Source of the DNA: Limisphaerales bacterium
GTDB taxonomy: Bacteria > Verrucomicrobiota > Verrucomicrobiia > Limisphaerales > JAJOIW01
NCBI GenBank assembly: GCA_965657355.1
Contig: CBFHOE010000004.1
Location: forward strand, 246,055 to 307,292
Direction of reading: 5' to 3'
Length of the DNA: 61,238 nt
Shown: positions 31,671-42,308 of the stretch, piece after piece
Numbering within the stretch: position 1 is the stretch's first letter
Layout of the letters: each line of letters begins with the position of its first letter
Made by a program: the position numbers and the translations under genes
The notes under the pieces: model-generated
Seen by the model: the letters and a program-made list of their open reading frames with translations, nothing else
What the model was told of the DNA's origin: nothing
Databases searched by the model: none

Positions 31671-31774
31671 ATCATGTCTGGCTTCAACGCAATTAAATAA
31701 GCTTACAATTTACCAACACTGAACCTGATGTCCAATCCGCGCAGAAATTTTTCCCAATTTATGGTATGGCCGTT

Positions 31775-32443
31775 CTAAAAACCACCCGGTGATGGTTTAT
31801 ATATTGGGCTTGTTTTTTCCATTAAGCTCACATCTTTTGTCAACCCGCATCTCAGCAATGATGCGGCGGCCAAGTTGAAATAACTAGTGTCTTCCTCATG
31901 CTTGAGAATGCTGGGGGGAAGTTGGGATTTTTTAGAGTATTTCAGACAGTAGTTTGTCATTATTTGTGCATCATCGACATGAGAATTCCCCTTATCAATA
32001 CCACTAACCAAAGCTTCGAATAATAAGACTTGTCTCTCTTTCGGGGCAAATCGCTTTGGATCAATCAGAATATCAACATCTGGATCATAAAATTTTATTT
32101 TCCGAAAGAGATAAGTCATTATGGGGATGTTCATGGCTAATACCTGGGCTCCAGCACCTGCTGACCACGGTCGACGGCCCTCACCGTTGCGGCCTTTCGT
32201 GGCCAGCATTAAATCATTGCGCATTGGGACGAACAAGGGAGCCTCAAGGCCTAAAAGAAGCCCGCTTTTCCGGATTGTTTTAGAAATATGTGGGATAAGT
32301 TCGTCTAGGCTCGTTCCGGTTTTCTTTGAGTTACAGTGAACATCAATAAGGCACCACCCGATGTTTCCAAGCTTTGGTGAGCCTATATCAATGGCACAAA
32401 TACTGTAGGGCTTATCTGTTATCAAAATACTCATAGCCGTCAT
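31775..32443 (-). CDS. Hypothetical protein, possible RNase H-like (DUF429-like) nuclease fold
   Basis: CAIDIG at end of first strand, LGLEAPL, FEALVS, HVDDA: acidic residue pattern of RuvC/DUF429-like proteins. Confidence 0.55.
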   Translation of the reverse strand: MTAMSILITDKPYSICAIDIGSPKLGNIGWCLIDVHCNSKKTGTSLDELIPHISKTIRKSGLLLGLEAPLFVPMRNDLMLATKGRNGEGRRPWSAGAGAQVLAMNIPIMTYLFRKIKFYDPDVDILIDPKRFAPKERQVLLFEALVSGIDKGNSHVDDAQIMTNYCLKYSKKSQLPPSILKHEEDTSYFNLAAASLLRCGLTKDVSLMEKTSPIYKPSPGGF

Positions 32444-32977
32444 TTATGATGCATCATATGCAGGGAAATGCCAGTAATGAGGTGGTTTCAGATAAATGGG
32501 TTACTTTATGGATGGCATGGAAAAGGGTTGAGTTGGAGATTGTAATAATAAAATAAAAATTTTTCCTCAACCTCTGAATCAACGCCATATATCCATTTAT
32601 TTAGTATCGTTCCAAAAATTTGCATTTTATGCTCGCAGCTTGAAATTCCAGGTGAACCAAATGGCTGCTTATAGTCAAATCATCCATTAGCATGTCTGGA
32701 CAATGCTAAAGTTCAACCTGACGAAATCACTTGCTTGATAAATGCTTCCTGAAATTCAATTCATTAAGAAGGTTTTGCGTGAAATTAGTTGCAGGCCCTT
32801 TATCATTTTACCAACGTTTATATCAAGGGTTACTGATTTGACTGTTTCATAACAAGCTGTGTGGCTAGGCTGGGGCGATACAAAGAATTGGGGATCACAC
32901 TGAACTTGGGATTATTTAATAGTTATTACGAGAATAATACGCCCACCAACGTCCAAATATAGCATAGGTCATCTTCC

Positions 32978-34201
32978 CTATGGATTGCTTGATCTGCTGT
33001 AAATATAATAGGCATTAGGTGCTGGGGGCGGGGTCTTTCCATGGTCGTTTGTGTAGGACAAATTCCGATCCTGTTCATACCATTTTCCATCATGTAATTG
33101 CATTGAGGCATGCCAGGTGCTCCCATCCGGCTGAAAAACCGTGAACCTCGTGAGCTTATCGCTAACTTCAATTCGAAACGGCATGGTTGGTCGAGCATAG
33201 ATAAGCTTTCCATCAGAGTGATAAAAGCTCAGCTGCTCCGTGTAATGGGTCATGACTTTAGTGCGAAAAGAGCCATCTGGGTTCGTGTGAGTCCATATCC
33301 CTTGCAGATTGTTTCTGACGGTTGCCTCAGCATTTCCCGAAGTTAAATACACAACATCAAAATACACAGTGTCAATTTTTGCTAACTTTTTTATGCTTTC
33401 TCTTGGACTGATAGTTCCTGGCCAAGGACCTATCCCATTCTCTATTTTTGAGCGTTCTTTCTTGGATATGCCGCCGGACGTATCATTTCTTTTAATTTCA
33501 AAGGCTCTGAAAGATTCCCGGCTGCCTTTGCCTTTGTGAAATAGAAGTTCTTGGAATTCCCAACTAAAAAATTTCTTGTTGGCTTCGGTAAATTTTTGGT
33601 AAAGCGGGCTCAATCCCTCATCTACGATCTTTAAAAAATTTTCCATTTTTCCTTTTTTCGGCTCCATAAATTTGACTCGGATAAAAAGGTCTGAGGGCTT
33701 GAGCTGAGCTAGGCGACTCATGTCGTTTAATGGAATCATTGAGCAATCACGCAACTTTAATACTTGGGTTCCGATAATGGTTCTTGTTTCGCCCGTTTTT
33801 TTGAGAAGATCATTTAGTTTTTCATTTCCCACCAAGTTTCCCAATTCTGCCCAGTTATATACCATTTCTAAGTCTTTTAATGACCTGAAAGTTTTCCATG
33901 ACACATATTCATATCCTAGGCTGTTGGTTCTTGCTTTTGCTAATCCCCAGGACAATATCTTACCGCGTTTCGCCATAATGTTATGAATGGCCAGCCACTT
34001 TTTTTCCAACTCTAAATATTCTAATTCCTTCCCGTCGGCGACATCCAACTTTTCAAATACAACATAGGAATAGGGAAATCTTGCTTGTTTGAGCCTATCA
34101 AAAAAGGGAACTTCCTCTGAAACAGCTGGAAGAAGAAAAATATTCAGCAATAATAATCCAATTAAATGCCTGCACACATGCTTTTGGTTACTATTCATCA
34201 T
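32978..34201 (-). CDS. Secreted hypothetical protein with two tandem alpha/beta-barrel-like repeats
   Basis: Signal peptide after ATG 34201; similar segments 'DGKELEYLELEKKW..IH...GKILSW' and 'KGKMENFLKIVDEG...Y.K...KFFSW'. Confidence 0.6.
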   Translation of the reverse strand: MMNSNQKHVCRHLIGLLLLNIFLLPAVSEEVPFFDRLKQARFPYSYVVFEKLDVADGKELEYLELEKKWLAIHNIMAKRGKILSWGLAKARTNSLGYEYVSWKTFRSLKDLEMVYNWAELGNLVGNEKLNDLLKKTGETRTIIGTQVLKLRDCSMIPLNDMSRLAQLKPSDLFIRVKFMEPKKGKMENFLKIVDEGLSPLYQKFTEANKKFFSWEFQELLFHKGKGSRESFRAFEIKRNDTSGGISKKERSKIENGIGPWPGTISPRESIKKLAKIDTVYFDVVYLTSGNAEATVRNNLQGIWTHTNPDGSFRTKVMTHYTEQLSFYHSDGKLIYARPTMPFRIEVSDKLTRFTVFQPDGSTWHASMQLHDGKWYEQDRNLSYTNDHGKTPPPAPNAYYIYSRSSNP

Positions 34202-35130
34202 TGAGAATATTAAATTAAAAGTATCAATTTTCAATTCAAAAGGATTGATTTTGTGCTTATTTGCGTTGGACTTTGGGATTAATTTCCAATTGTGTTGACC
34301 ATAAAAGCAGGTCAAAGAAGTGACCCCACATCGCATACACATCGGGGCTTACCCGTATAATAAAAAAACCATGAGAACGGAAAATCATTGTCTTTGAAAT
34401 TGTGACGTATTTGTCGTTTATTTAGAGCAAATGAATTGGATTTGTTGTAAATTATTGATTGGCAAGTGTAATTCGATTAACTAGATCTTTGACATATTAG
34501 CGTTTTGTTAATTTTGTCCTTGCTATTGGTAAGTCCTATAGTTTTTGCCTATGATCACCTTGATAACCAAGCAAAGCTTTTTTGATTCTTAGTTTGCTAG
34601 AGTTAAACCGGGCAAACTTAAGAGGTTTCGGGTGTTGATTTACAAACATTGGTTTCCGACTGATCAGCAGCTGCCATGGTGCATCCTGTTTTTTAGCAAA
34701 TTTTAAGAAACAGCTTCCTCGCGTATCTTATCCTTAGAATCAGCATCTTAGGCTAGCCTTCACGTAAAGAGCCGATCCCTCAAGTCATTGAACACCATCT
34801 AAGTAACTAAGGGCTGTGTTTAAGAGGCCTACCGAAGGCTATGCAAATCCTTTTAAGATCGTTCTTAGGACTATGAGCCGGAACATGCTGGAGCAAAGCC
34901 GTAGCTAGCCTCATATTAGTTTTTTTAATAATGCCATATTTTATTGCGGAGAGGTGTGGATATTCAGTAAGCGAAGGACCTGCGTCTCTGTTTAAAGCTT
35001 TACAAGTCACCCAACCTAAAAGGACCTTAGAGAGACAGAGTGACCGTTTGCAAAAATGTGGTTATTAAATCTAAGATTTAGTTTGGATCAGTTAGAACCG
35101 GTGAGTTATTCGTGGTTCATGGATGAATAA

Positions 35131-35220
35131 TGGCGGAGAGAGAGGGATTCGAACCCTCGGTACCGTTTCCGGTACGACGATTTAGCAAACCGTTGCATTA
35201 GACCACTCTGCCATCTCTCC
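35131..35220 (-). tRNA. tRNA-Ser (anticodon GCT)
   Basis: Reverse complement GGAGAGATGGCAGAGTGGTCTAATGCAACGGTTTGCTAAATCGTCGTACCGGAAACGGTACCGAGGGTTCGAATCCCTCTCTCTCCGCCA: acceptor stem, anticodon loop TT-GCT-AA, long variable arm, GTTCGAAT T-loop, encoded CCA. Confidence 0.97.
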
Positions 35221-35366
35221 GCGCGGTCCTTTCAAAATAATCAGAAATTTAGAACTTAAATCAAGTGATAAAACAAAAAAAATAACATTGGTCCTTTTCT
35301 CATCGGGTGATCTTTGATGAAAAGGTTTTAATCTAAGCCCATTATTCCCGGAAACTGAGCGGTATT

Positions 35367-37451
35367 CTATTTGGAATCGAGAGCCTCGAGCATATTTTGA
35401 TAGCGTATGACATTTTTCTTTGCTCTATCGAGATCCCCTTTGGCGTTTTGGAGCAATTTTTCAATATCTTGCCTGGGTTGGATTAATTTCCACGATCCAT
35501 CATCAGCTTTACTCAAATGTTGCGACACGAAGCGCACAGGGAGTGCAAAGCTTCTTATTCTGGAGGATCTAGCTATATTGATTCCCACTAGCTGTCCGTC
35601 TGAGTTAACGATTGGAGTACCGCAGTCTTCGGGGGTCAGTGGTATATCGTGCTGGATAGCCGTTTTGAATCCATTTCTTACCTTGCTAAATCGGCCTCCC
35701 TCCATGTTAAAGGCTATGGGCATTTTGTTTACTCTACTTTCTAAAATGACATCAAATTCAACTTCATTGTCATCTCGGTTTACCAAAAAGGTAACTTGAT
35801 CACCTGGTTCGTATTGGCCGATTTCACTGATAGCCTGATCGCTGGATGCGATCTTTGTTTCATTTACTTTCACTAATATATCGCCTCGTTTGATGCCTGC
35901 CTTTTGGGCCGGGCAATCTGGAACGATGTCACGTATGAAAACATCGTTTGGTCCTTGTGCCAAAACAACGCCGAGGAAACCTTTGTCTCTTTCGATAGAT
36001 CGCTCGCTAACACTAATGACACCGAGATAGACGATATCTTCTTCAGTGACAGTTGGAGAAATTACAAAATCTCCAACTCCTACAATTTCTGCATTGTCGC
36101 CAGGCCACTTTATTGGTGTGAGTTTCGCGTCGTTAAGCTGGACCTTTAAAAGAGCGAGATCGAGTGAGCGGACCGAGTCAACTAGTTCAACTTCGTATGT
36201 TTTTTCATCCCTTGTTTTTATTTTGAGTGCTTCCTGTTCTTTTGCTTCGGATGCTTTTGTCAATATCCAGCCGTCGGAGCTAAGGACTATTCCGTGGGCT
36301 ACTAGTGACTTTCCATTAAGAATGGCTACAGTTGAATCTTTTATACCAGAAACAGCATCATTCATGGCACGTTCGAATTCCTCAGGAATTGTAAATCCCT
36401 TGTTCATTTGGTCGATGAGGTCGCTGAAATCCTGAGTTTTTTGAAACCCAACACGCTTTGATAGAGCAGCTTTGATTTCAATTTCACCATCGTTATCCCT
36501 CAATACTTTTAAGATGACTTCGTCGCCTATATTGGATTTTGAGATAATCTCTTTCACTCTGCCAACTTCATCGATTTCTATGCCGTCGATCGAAATGATT
36601 TTATCATTAGCTTCAAGCCCTGAGATATCGGCCGGAGATGCGACTTTAATTTCTTTGATAATCGCCGTTTCAGGAGAACTCGGGTCGAGTATGACGCCTA
36701 GATAAGGAGTTTCATGGATTTGGGCAGGGTTGGGCGGTCTTGAATCCATGGCACTTAAGTTTCCCCATTTTTCGCCCTGATACATCTTATCCCAATCCCT
36801 TTCGAAAACAGTCATTGGAACGTGAAAATTTTCAAATAAACTGGACGCAACGAAGGAGTGGATGCCAACAACTTTTCCCTCTAAATCAAATAATGGGCCC
36901 CCGGAATCTCCGCCGGTAATTGTGCAGTCGGTCATCATGAAACCCAGTGGCCCAAGTGCATTCCTATGCGGTTTTATGACTCGTCCAAACCTTACCGGAG
37001 GTTTCCTTTTCTCATTAAATCCTTGAGGATGTCCCATGGCGACCACCCAATCAGCGGGTGACATGGGGTCGAATCTCACCTCAGCAAACGGCCATGGCCC
37101 TTCATCGATTAATTGAACCATTGCCGCGTCCCTATTGGCGTTGAGGCCGAGCTTTCTAGCAGATAGCACGCGACCATCCGGCATTTGTATAGCGCATCTT
37201 CTGCTTCTTCCATTTACAACATGCGCCGCTGTAAGAATGAGTCCGTCGGCGGAAACGATAACGCCTGAGCCCCCCCAATCAATACCGACAACAGCTTTTT
37301 GGTTTTCCTCGACTAAATTTCCCACCATTTCCTCGACTTTGAAAAGTGACTGACTGGATGAAATGAAAGGACAACTGATCGCGAGTGTGATGATAGTCAG
37401 CAGAATGCTTTGAAGAGACCTCGCCAACGAAATAGATTTATTCAGAGTCAT
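35367..37451 (-). CDS. Secreted trypsin-like (HtrA/DegP-like) protease with two protease-like and two PDZ domains
   Basis: Signal peptide; LTAAHVV, DAAMV, GDSGGPL; PDZ motifs PYLGV and GFLGV; second protease-like domain LTKASE...EDCGTP. Confidence 0.9.
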   Translation of the reverse strand: MTLNKSISLARSLQSILLTIITLAISCPFISSSQSLFKVEEMVGNLVEENQKAVVGIDWGGSGVIVSADGLILTAAHVVNGRSRRCAIQMPDGRVLSARKLGLNANRDAAMVQLIDEGPWPFAEVRFDPMSPADWVVAMGHPQGFNEKRKPPVRFGRVIKPHRNALGPLGFMMTDCTITGGDSGGPLFDLEGKVVGIHSFVASSLFENFHVPMTVFERDWDKMYQGEKWGNLSAMDSRPPNPAQIHETPYLGVILDPSSPETAIIKEIKVASPADISGLEANDKIISIDGIEIDEVGRVKEIISKSNIGDEVILKVLRDNDGEIEIKAALSKRVGFQKTQDFSDLIDQMNKGFTIPEEFERAMNDAVSGIKDSTVAILNGKSLVAHGIVLSSDGWILTKASEAKEQEALKIKTRDEKTYEVELVDSVRSLDLALLKVQLNDAKLTPIKWPGDNAEIVGVGDFVISPTVTEEDIVYLGVISVSERSIERDKGFLGVVLAQGPNDVFIRDIVPDCPAQKAGIKRGDILVKVNETKIASSDQAISEIGQYEPGDQVTFLVNRDDNEVEFDVILESRVNKMPIAFNMEGGRFSKVRNGFKTAIQHDIPLTPEDCGTPIVNSDGQLVGINIARSSRIRSFALPVRFVSQHLSKADDGSWKLIQPRQDIEKLLQNAKGDLDRAKKNVIRYQNMLEALDSK

Positions 37452-38096
37452 TATTCCTCAGTGATTTGTTTAAAATTTGAAAACCAAGCACAAATAATGT
37501 GCAGTTGACTCTTAACTTTTGCAAATCGCAAAATTACAGAGCTGCTGAAATAGAGAAAGGGAGGCAACGTAGTTAAGCTGCTCAAGTTTAATAAGTGGCA
37601 AAACCCGACAAGGAAAATTTAATTAAACCTCTGGCCAACTGCAGAAGATATTCAGGGAATTAACGAATTAGTCATTGATCTTTCATAAGCGGCAAAACAG
37701 AAATTTACAGACCTTTAAACAATCAGAGTCTTTGTCGGGTTGGTCCATCAAACTTGGAACAAGAAAAGGACGGTTTGAAGGAATTTTAAGAAGTGGTGAA
37801 AAACACGGGGGGATGGGGAGCTCACGCTGTCCCTGAGCGCATCTATGAAGATTAAAAACTCAGGAGCTTCGTATTCTTTTACAAAGTTTAACTGGCTCGT
37901 GGTGGATCGGGTTTCCTAGTGGTAAAACAAATCCAGCAGGTTAGCTTTGTAAGTCATTCAGCCCGTGTAAAATAAAGTGTGACATTTGGAATCGAAGTTG
38001 ACTCTTTATCATCGATAGCTCTGCTGATCTCCCTGGACTCGTTTTATCTGGAATTTAGAGTATTCCTAAGTATTCTTTTGACGAATCAGATCTATA

Positions 38097-39206
38097 ATGA
38101 GCAATTACAAAATTTCAAGTGTTATCAAAATTCCGACTCGCCTATTACTTTTCGTCTTATATTTTACTTTCTCGATTTTTAATTTGACTCAGATTAAGGG
38201 CGAAACTGCCATGAGCTATGTCGGGGAAAATCTACATTCCTACAAATTGGCTCACGATAATGAGAGATCTATTGCAAAAATTGCTGCCGCTCGAGATCAA
38301 TTTGCCAAGTCCTTGACCAAAAATGAATACGCCAAAGCTGTGAGGCCTTCACTCGATCCAGAGTGGAGGGAGTGGAGTAATCTACCACCAAGGCTGGATT
38401 ATGGTGGTGTTTGTTTAAAAGATCTCAGTCCAAAACAAATCTCCTTTTTTCTAGATTTGTTGGCGCATTCAACGAGTGCATTCGGATTTAATAAAGTAAG
38501 GGACATAATTCTAAGCGACGATAAACTGATTGATCCTGCAAATCCGCCTCGCTCGGGGCTCCTATTGGGTTCAAATTACTATTGGGTTGTCCTATTTGGG
38601 AGTCCGTCTGATGACGGCATATGGGGATGGCAGATTGATGGTCACCATCTCGGATTAAATGTTCTGATCCAAGGAGGCGAGGTATCTATTGCTCCATCAT
38701 TTATAGGAACACAACCCTCAAGGTTTAATTATGGAGATAGAACGGACATAACCCCCATGAAGGTTGAAGGTTCAATACCTTATGAATTCATGGCAAGTTT
38801 GACCGGAGCGCAGCTTGAAAAAGCTGTAATCGGGCCCAGGACACAAGGTATGCAGGCAGGCCCGGGGCGAGATAAATTTTTGCCGAAGCCGAGGGGGCTA
38901 AGATTAAATGGTCTCAACCAAAATCAAAAAGCCCAGATCATGACGCTCGCCGATGCATGGATTAATATTCTACCCAAGAAATGGGCACAAAAAGAAAGAA
39001 ACCAGCTAGAGCGAAATATTTCCAAAGGCTATCTTGCATGGAAGGGCGGAATCAAATCTACGGAGCCCGTCTACTACCAATTAAATATCCCAGGATTTTA
39101 TATTGAATTTTCTCATCAAAATTTGGGCGGTGACCCGTTTAATCACCTACATTCTGTGTATCGCAAAATTGGAAATGATTATTTTGGCAAAGAGATAAGT
39201 CACTGA
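38097..39206 (+). CDS. DUF3500 domain protein
   Basis: Signal peptide; WSNLP, WGWQIDGHHLGLN, PSFIG, NHLHSVYR...NDY. Confidence 0.85.
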   Translation: MSNYKISSVIKIPTRLLLFVLYFTFSIFNLTQIKGETAMSYVGENLHSYKLAHDNERSIAKIAAARDQFAKSLTKNEYAKAVRPSLDPEWREWSNLPPRLDYGGVCLKDLSPKQISFFLDLLAHSTSAFGFNKVRDIILSDDKLIDPANPPRSGLLLGSNYYWVVLFGSPSDDGIWGWQIDGHHLGLNVLIQGGEVSIAPSFIGTQPSRFNYGDRTDITPMKVEGSIPYEFMASLTGAQLEKAVIGPRTQGMQAGPGRDKFLPKPRGLRLNGLNQNQKAQIMTLADAWINILPKKWAQKERNQLERNISKGYLAWKGGIKSTEPVYYQLNIPGFYIEFSHQNLGGDPFNHLHSVYRKIGNDYFGKEISH

Positions 39207-39262
39207 GCAAACTTTTAGTCCTGCTCCTCTAGAAGGTAATTACTATTTAGAGCTGAATCCAT

Positions 39263-39673
39263 ATGAAGAAAATATTGTTTAATTCTGGTGGTCATAGTGC
39301 AAAAACATCAATAGGTCTCTTATTGATTCGACTCAGTGTTGGCGGGATGATGATCTATTACCACGGTTGGGTAAAACTCATTAATTATAAAGATCTTGCC
39401 AAAGATTTTAGTGATCCCTTGGGAATGGGGTCATCTAACAGCTTGGTCGCAGCGATCGCTGCAGAGGTCCTGTGCTCATTTTTAATCATTATTGGCTTGA
39501 TGACGAGATGGACCTCATTTGGTTTGGTGTTCACAATGGGTGTCGCAGCGTTTGCCGTTCATGGTGGGGCAATCGATAAAATTGAGCTGGCTTTGATGTA
39601 TTTGATAGCCTCCTTGGGGCTCATGTTCACAGGGGCAGGAAAATTCTCACTGGATGCGTCAATATCCAAGTAA
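39263..39673 (+). CDS. DoxX family membrane protein
   Basis: LLLIRL, HGWVKL, AEVLCS...GLMTR, GAGKFSLD. Confidence 0.9.
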   Translation: MKKILFNSGGHSAKTSIGLLLIRLSVGGMMIYYHGWVKLINYKDLAKDFSDPLGMGSSNSLVAAIAAEVLCSFLIIIGLMTRWTSFGLVFTMGVAAFAVHGGAIDKIELALMYLIASLGLMFTGAGKFSLDASISK

Positions 39674-39689
39674 AGATAACTCACTCATT

Positions 39690-41372
39690 TTATTGGGCTG
39701 CTTTTTTTAGGAGCGCTTTGGCGTGCTCCAAAATCTCTGCATCCGTTCCTCCTAACATGCGGGCAATCTCAGCATTCCTCGATAATTTATCCAGTTCCCT
39801 GACGTCCGAAGTTGTCCGGCCATTAGAGACGTTTTTTTCGACCAGATAGTGGTTGTCCGCGGCGGCCGCAACAGGGGCTAGGTGGGTGATGCATATCGTC
39901 TGCCTGTTGCTGCCAATGGCTTTCAATTTTTCTCCGACTATTGACGAAGTCTCACCACCCACATTGGCATCAACCTCGTCAAAAACCAGCAGAGGAATAG
40001 AATCTTTTGAAGCAAGCACGGTCTTAATGCCGAGCATGACCCTGGCTAATTCGCCTGATGAGGCGATACTTTTAAGGGGTTTCAGAGGTTCGCCTGGGTT
40101 TGGAGAAAACATAAATTCTATCTTATCCATTCCTGTAGGGTAAAGGCTTTTGGCCTCAGGTTCATTTAAAGTCTCAATATTTATTTCAAAATTATTCTGC
40201 TTAAATCCTAGGTCATCAAGGTGAGATTGTATTTCTTTGCTGAGAGGTTTTAAAATTTTGGTTCTCTTGGTGGAAATTTTTTGGGCAAGGTTGATTCTCA
40301 CACTATCAATCTCATCTATTCTTTTTTTAAATTCCTCAATTTGGTGCTCTCTCTGTTCGAGCGAGTGAAGTTTTGTTTGAGCGTTGTTGGCAAAGTCGAG
40401 GATCTCCTCAATCGAATTTCCATATTTTTTTCTCAATGATTGTAGGTTTGAAAATTTTTCCTCTAGTTCATGGAGTTGTGAAGGGTCCAGTTCGAGATTT
40501 TCTATATAGTTATTGATTTCATTTTTGAGTTCAGTGATTAAAACTGAGACTTCTTGCGAGAGGTTACCCAAATGTGCTGATTGTGTATCCAGCTGTTCAA
40601 CCTGATTCAATGCCCGACCTACCTGATGGATGAGGTTAAGGACTGATGTTTCTGATTCAGACAAATTATGAATGGCCTCTTGGCATAAGGTATTGATTTG
40701 GGCTGCATTTGAAGCTCTCTGATAGGCGCCTTCTAGGTTGTCCTCATCTTCAGGAGATAATTGAGCATTCTGGATTTCTTGAACTTGAAATTGTAAAATC
40801 TCCACCTGGCGAGTAAATTCTTGTTCGTCCATAGCCAATTCTGTATTGGCTTGAATGAGGGTTTGTTTTTCTGCACTGAGCTCAGCGAGCCGCATTTTCA
40901 GATCCTCAAAGTCGCCGCATGAATCGACGATATCTATTTGTCTTCCAGGTTTGTTGAGTGATTGAGCATCGTGAGGGCCATGAATATCAACAAGGTGAGC
41001 CCCAATCATGGCCAGATTTTTGACCGAACATGGAGAACCATTTACAAATTGCTTGCTCGACCCACTGGCTGACAAGCTTCTCCGAATAATCAATTCGTCA
41101 TCATCGCAGGGTTCTAAACCTAGCTCCTGGAGTGCCTCTTCTATTTTGTCGATCAATCCTGAGACATTAAAAACAGCCTCTATCAGGCATTTTTCACAGC
41201 CCGACCGAATCACTGATTTATCGGCTCTACCACCGATAAGTAATTGAATCCCTCCAATAATGACCGACTTGCCAGCACCTGTTTCACCAGTCAGGGCATT
41301 GAATCCATGGTGAAAATCTATAGTTAAATCTTCGACCAAGGCCAAATTTTTAATTCTGAGGGTCGTCAACAT
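39690..41372 (-). CDS. recN: DNA repair protein RecN
   Basis: LTGETGAGKS Walker A, DIHGPHD, coiled coil, ASSGELAR, VFDEVDANVGG, ITHL, EIARML. Confidence 0.97.
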   Translation of the reverse strand: MLTTLRIKNLALVEDLTIDFHHGFNALTGETGAGKSVIIGGIQLLIGGRADKSVIRSGCEKCLIEAVFNVSGLIDKIEEALQELGLEPCDDDELIIRRSLSASGSSKQFVNGSPCSVKNLAMIGAHLVDIHGPHDAQSLNKPGRQIDIVDSCGDFEDLKMRLAELSAEKQTLIQANTELAMDEQEFTRQVEILQFQVQEIQNAQLSPEDEDNLEGAYQRASNAAQINTLCQEAIHNLSESETSVLNLIHQVGRALNQVEQLDTQSAHLGNLSQEVSVLITELKNEINNYIENLELDPSQLHELEEKFSNLQSLRKKYGNSIEEILDFANNAQTKLHSLEQREHQIEEFKKRIDEIDSVRINLAQKISTKRTKILKPLSKEIQSHLDDLGFKQNNFEINIETLNEPEAKSLYPTGMDKIEFMFSPNPGEPLKPLKSIASSGELARVMLGIKTVLASKDSIPLLVFDEVDANVGGETSSIVGEKLKAIGSNRQTICITHLAPVAAAADNHYLVEKNVSNGRTTSDVRELDKLSRNAEIARMLGGTDAEILEHAKALLKKAAQ

Positions 41373-41466
41373 GTCTAATTAGTCTTAGTATTCATCAAGT
41401 AAAAGCTTACTCAAGCGATCGTGATGATTGTTTGTATTTGTGATTGGATTACAAGTCTGGAAAAAA

Positions 41467-42303
41467 GTGAAAATAGAAGACAGCCTAAAAAGCAAGCAAG
41501 TAGAAAGAGGAGAACTCCTGGTCACGTTCCTTGGTTCGGGGACTTCGCAAGGCGTGCCAATCATTGGACAGGAATATCCTGAGTCTTTTTTAAAAAACCC
41601 CAAAAACCACAGGACGAGGCCCTCTGTTTACATTAAAAGCCATGAATCAAGTATCATCATAGATACGACGCCTGAATTTCGTATACAATGCTTGAGGGAA
41701 AAAATATCCCACCTGGACGGAATTTTCGTCACTCATGCTCATGCAGATCATATCATGGGAATGGACGATTGTCGGAGGTTTTGTAAACACGATTCTCCTG
41801 AAAAATTTCCGGTTTACGCCTCTGACAAAACTTTCCAACACCTAAAAAGAGTTTTTTCTTATGCCTTTCAAGATGGAGACATTCCATTTGGCTATTTCAA
41901 ACCGGACCCAAGAATTATATCTAGCGAATTTAAATTCAAGGATTTGGAAGTTGAGCCAGTTTGGCTTCCACATGGCAGAACAACGGTAACAGGCTTCTTG
42001 TTTAAAAATAATGAGAAAAAGATTTTTGCTTATTTAACTGATTGCAAAGAGGTCCCAGAAGATGCATTGGAGCAGGTATCAGGAACAGACGTGGTCGTTC
42101 TCGACGCGCTTAGGTTTCAGCAGCATCCAACCCATATGTGTTATGATGAAGCTCTCACAACGGCTCGCAGAATTGGGGCCAGGCAGACCTACTTTACCCA
42201 CCTTACTCATGACTATGATCATGATGTTCACCAGGCTGAATTGCCCGAAGGTATTGATCTGGCATACGACGGTCTGACATTTTTGGCCTCTAGCCCTTTA
42301 TAA
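41467..42303 (+). CDS. MBL-fold metallo-hydrolase (PhnP-like phosphodiesterase)
   Basis: [38 protein letters not shown] 41467 (ORF open from 41428). Confidence 0.9.
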   Translation: MKIEDSLKSKQVERGELLVTFLGSGTSQGVPIIGQEYPESFLKNPKNHRTRPSVYIKSHESSIIIDTTPEFRIQCLREKISHLDGIFVTHAHADHIMGMDDCRRFCKHDSPEKFPVYASDKTFQHLKRVFSYAFQDGDIPFGYFKPDPRIISSEFKFKDLEVEPVWLPHGRTTVTGFLFKNNEKKIFAYLTDCKEVPEDALEQVSGTDVVVLDALRFQQHPTHMCYDEALTTARRIGARQTYFTHLTHDYDHDVHQAELPEGIDLAYDGLTFLASSPL

Positions 42304-42308
42304 AGCCT

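Noticed and set aside
34600..34640. GGGCAAAC resembling the start of a c-di-GMP-I riboswitch
   Set aside because: The GNRA stem, GACGCAAAGC segment and second hairpin are absent
34946..34953. GCGGAGAG matching the tRNA-Ser 3' end (possible att remnant)
   Set aside because: Only 8 exact bases, under 200 nt from the tRNA, no integrase; cannot be distinguished from chance
34807..35010. 67-aa minus-strand ORF just downstream of the tRNA (possible integrase fragment)
   Set aside because: No tyrosine- or serine-recombinase motif recognisable
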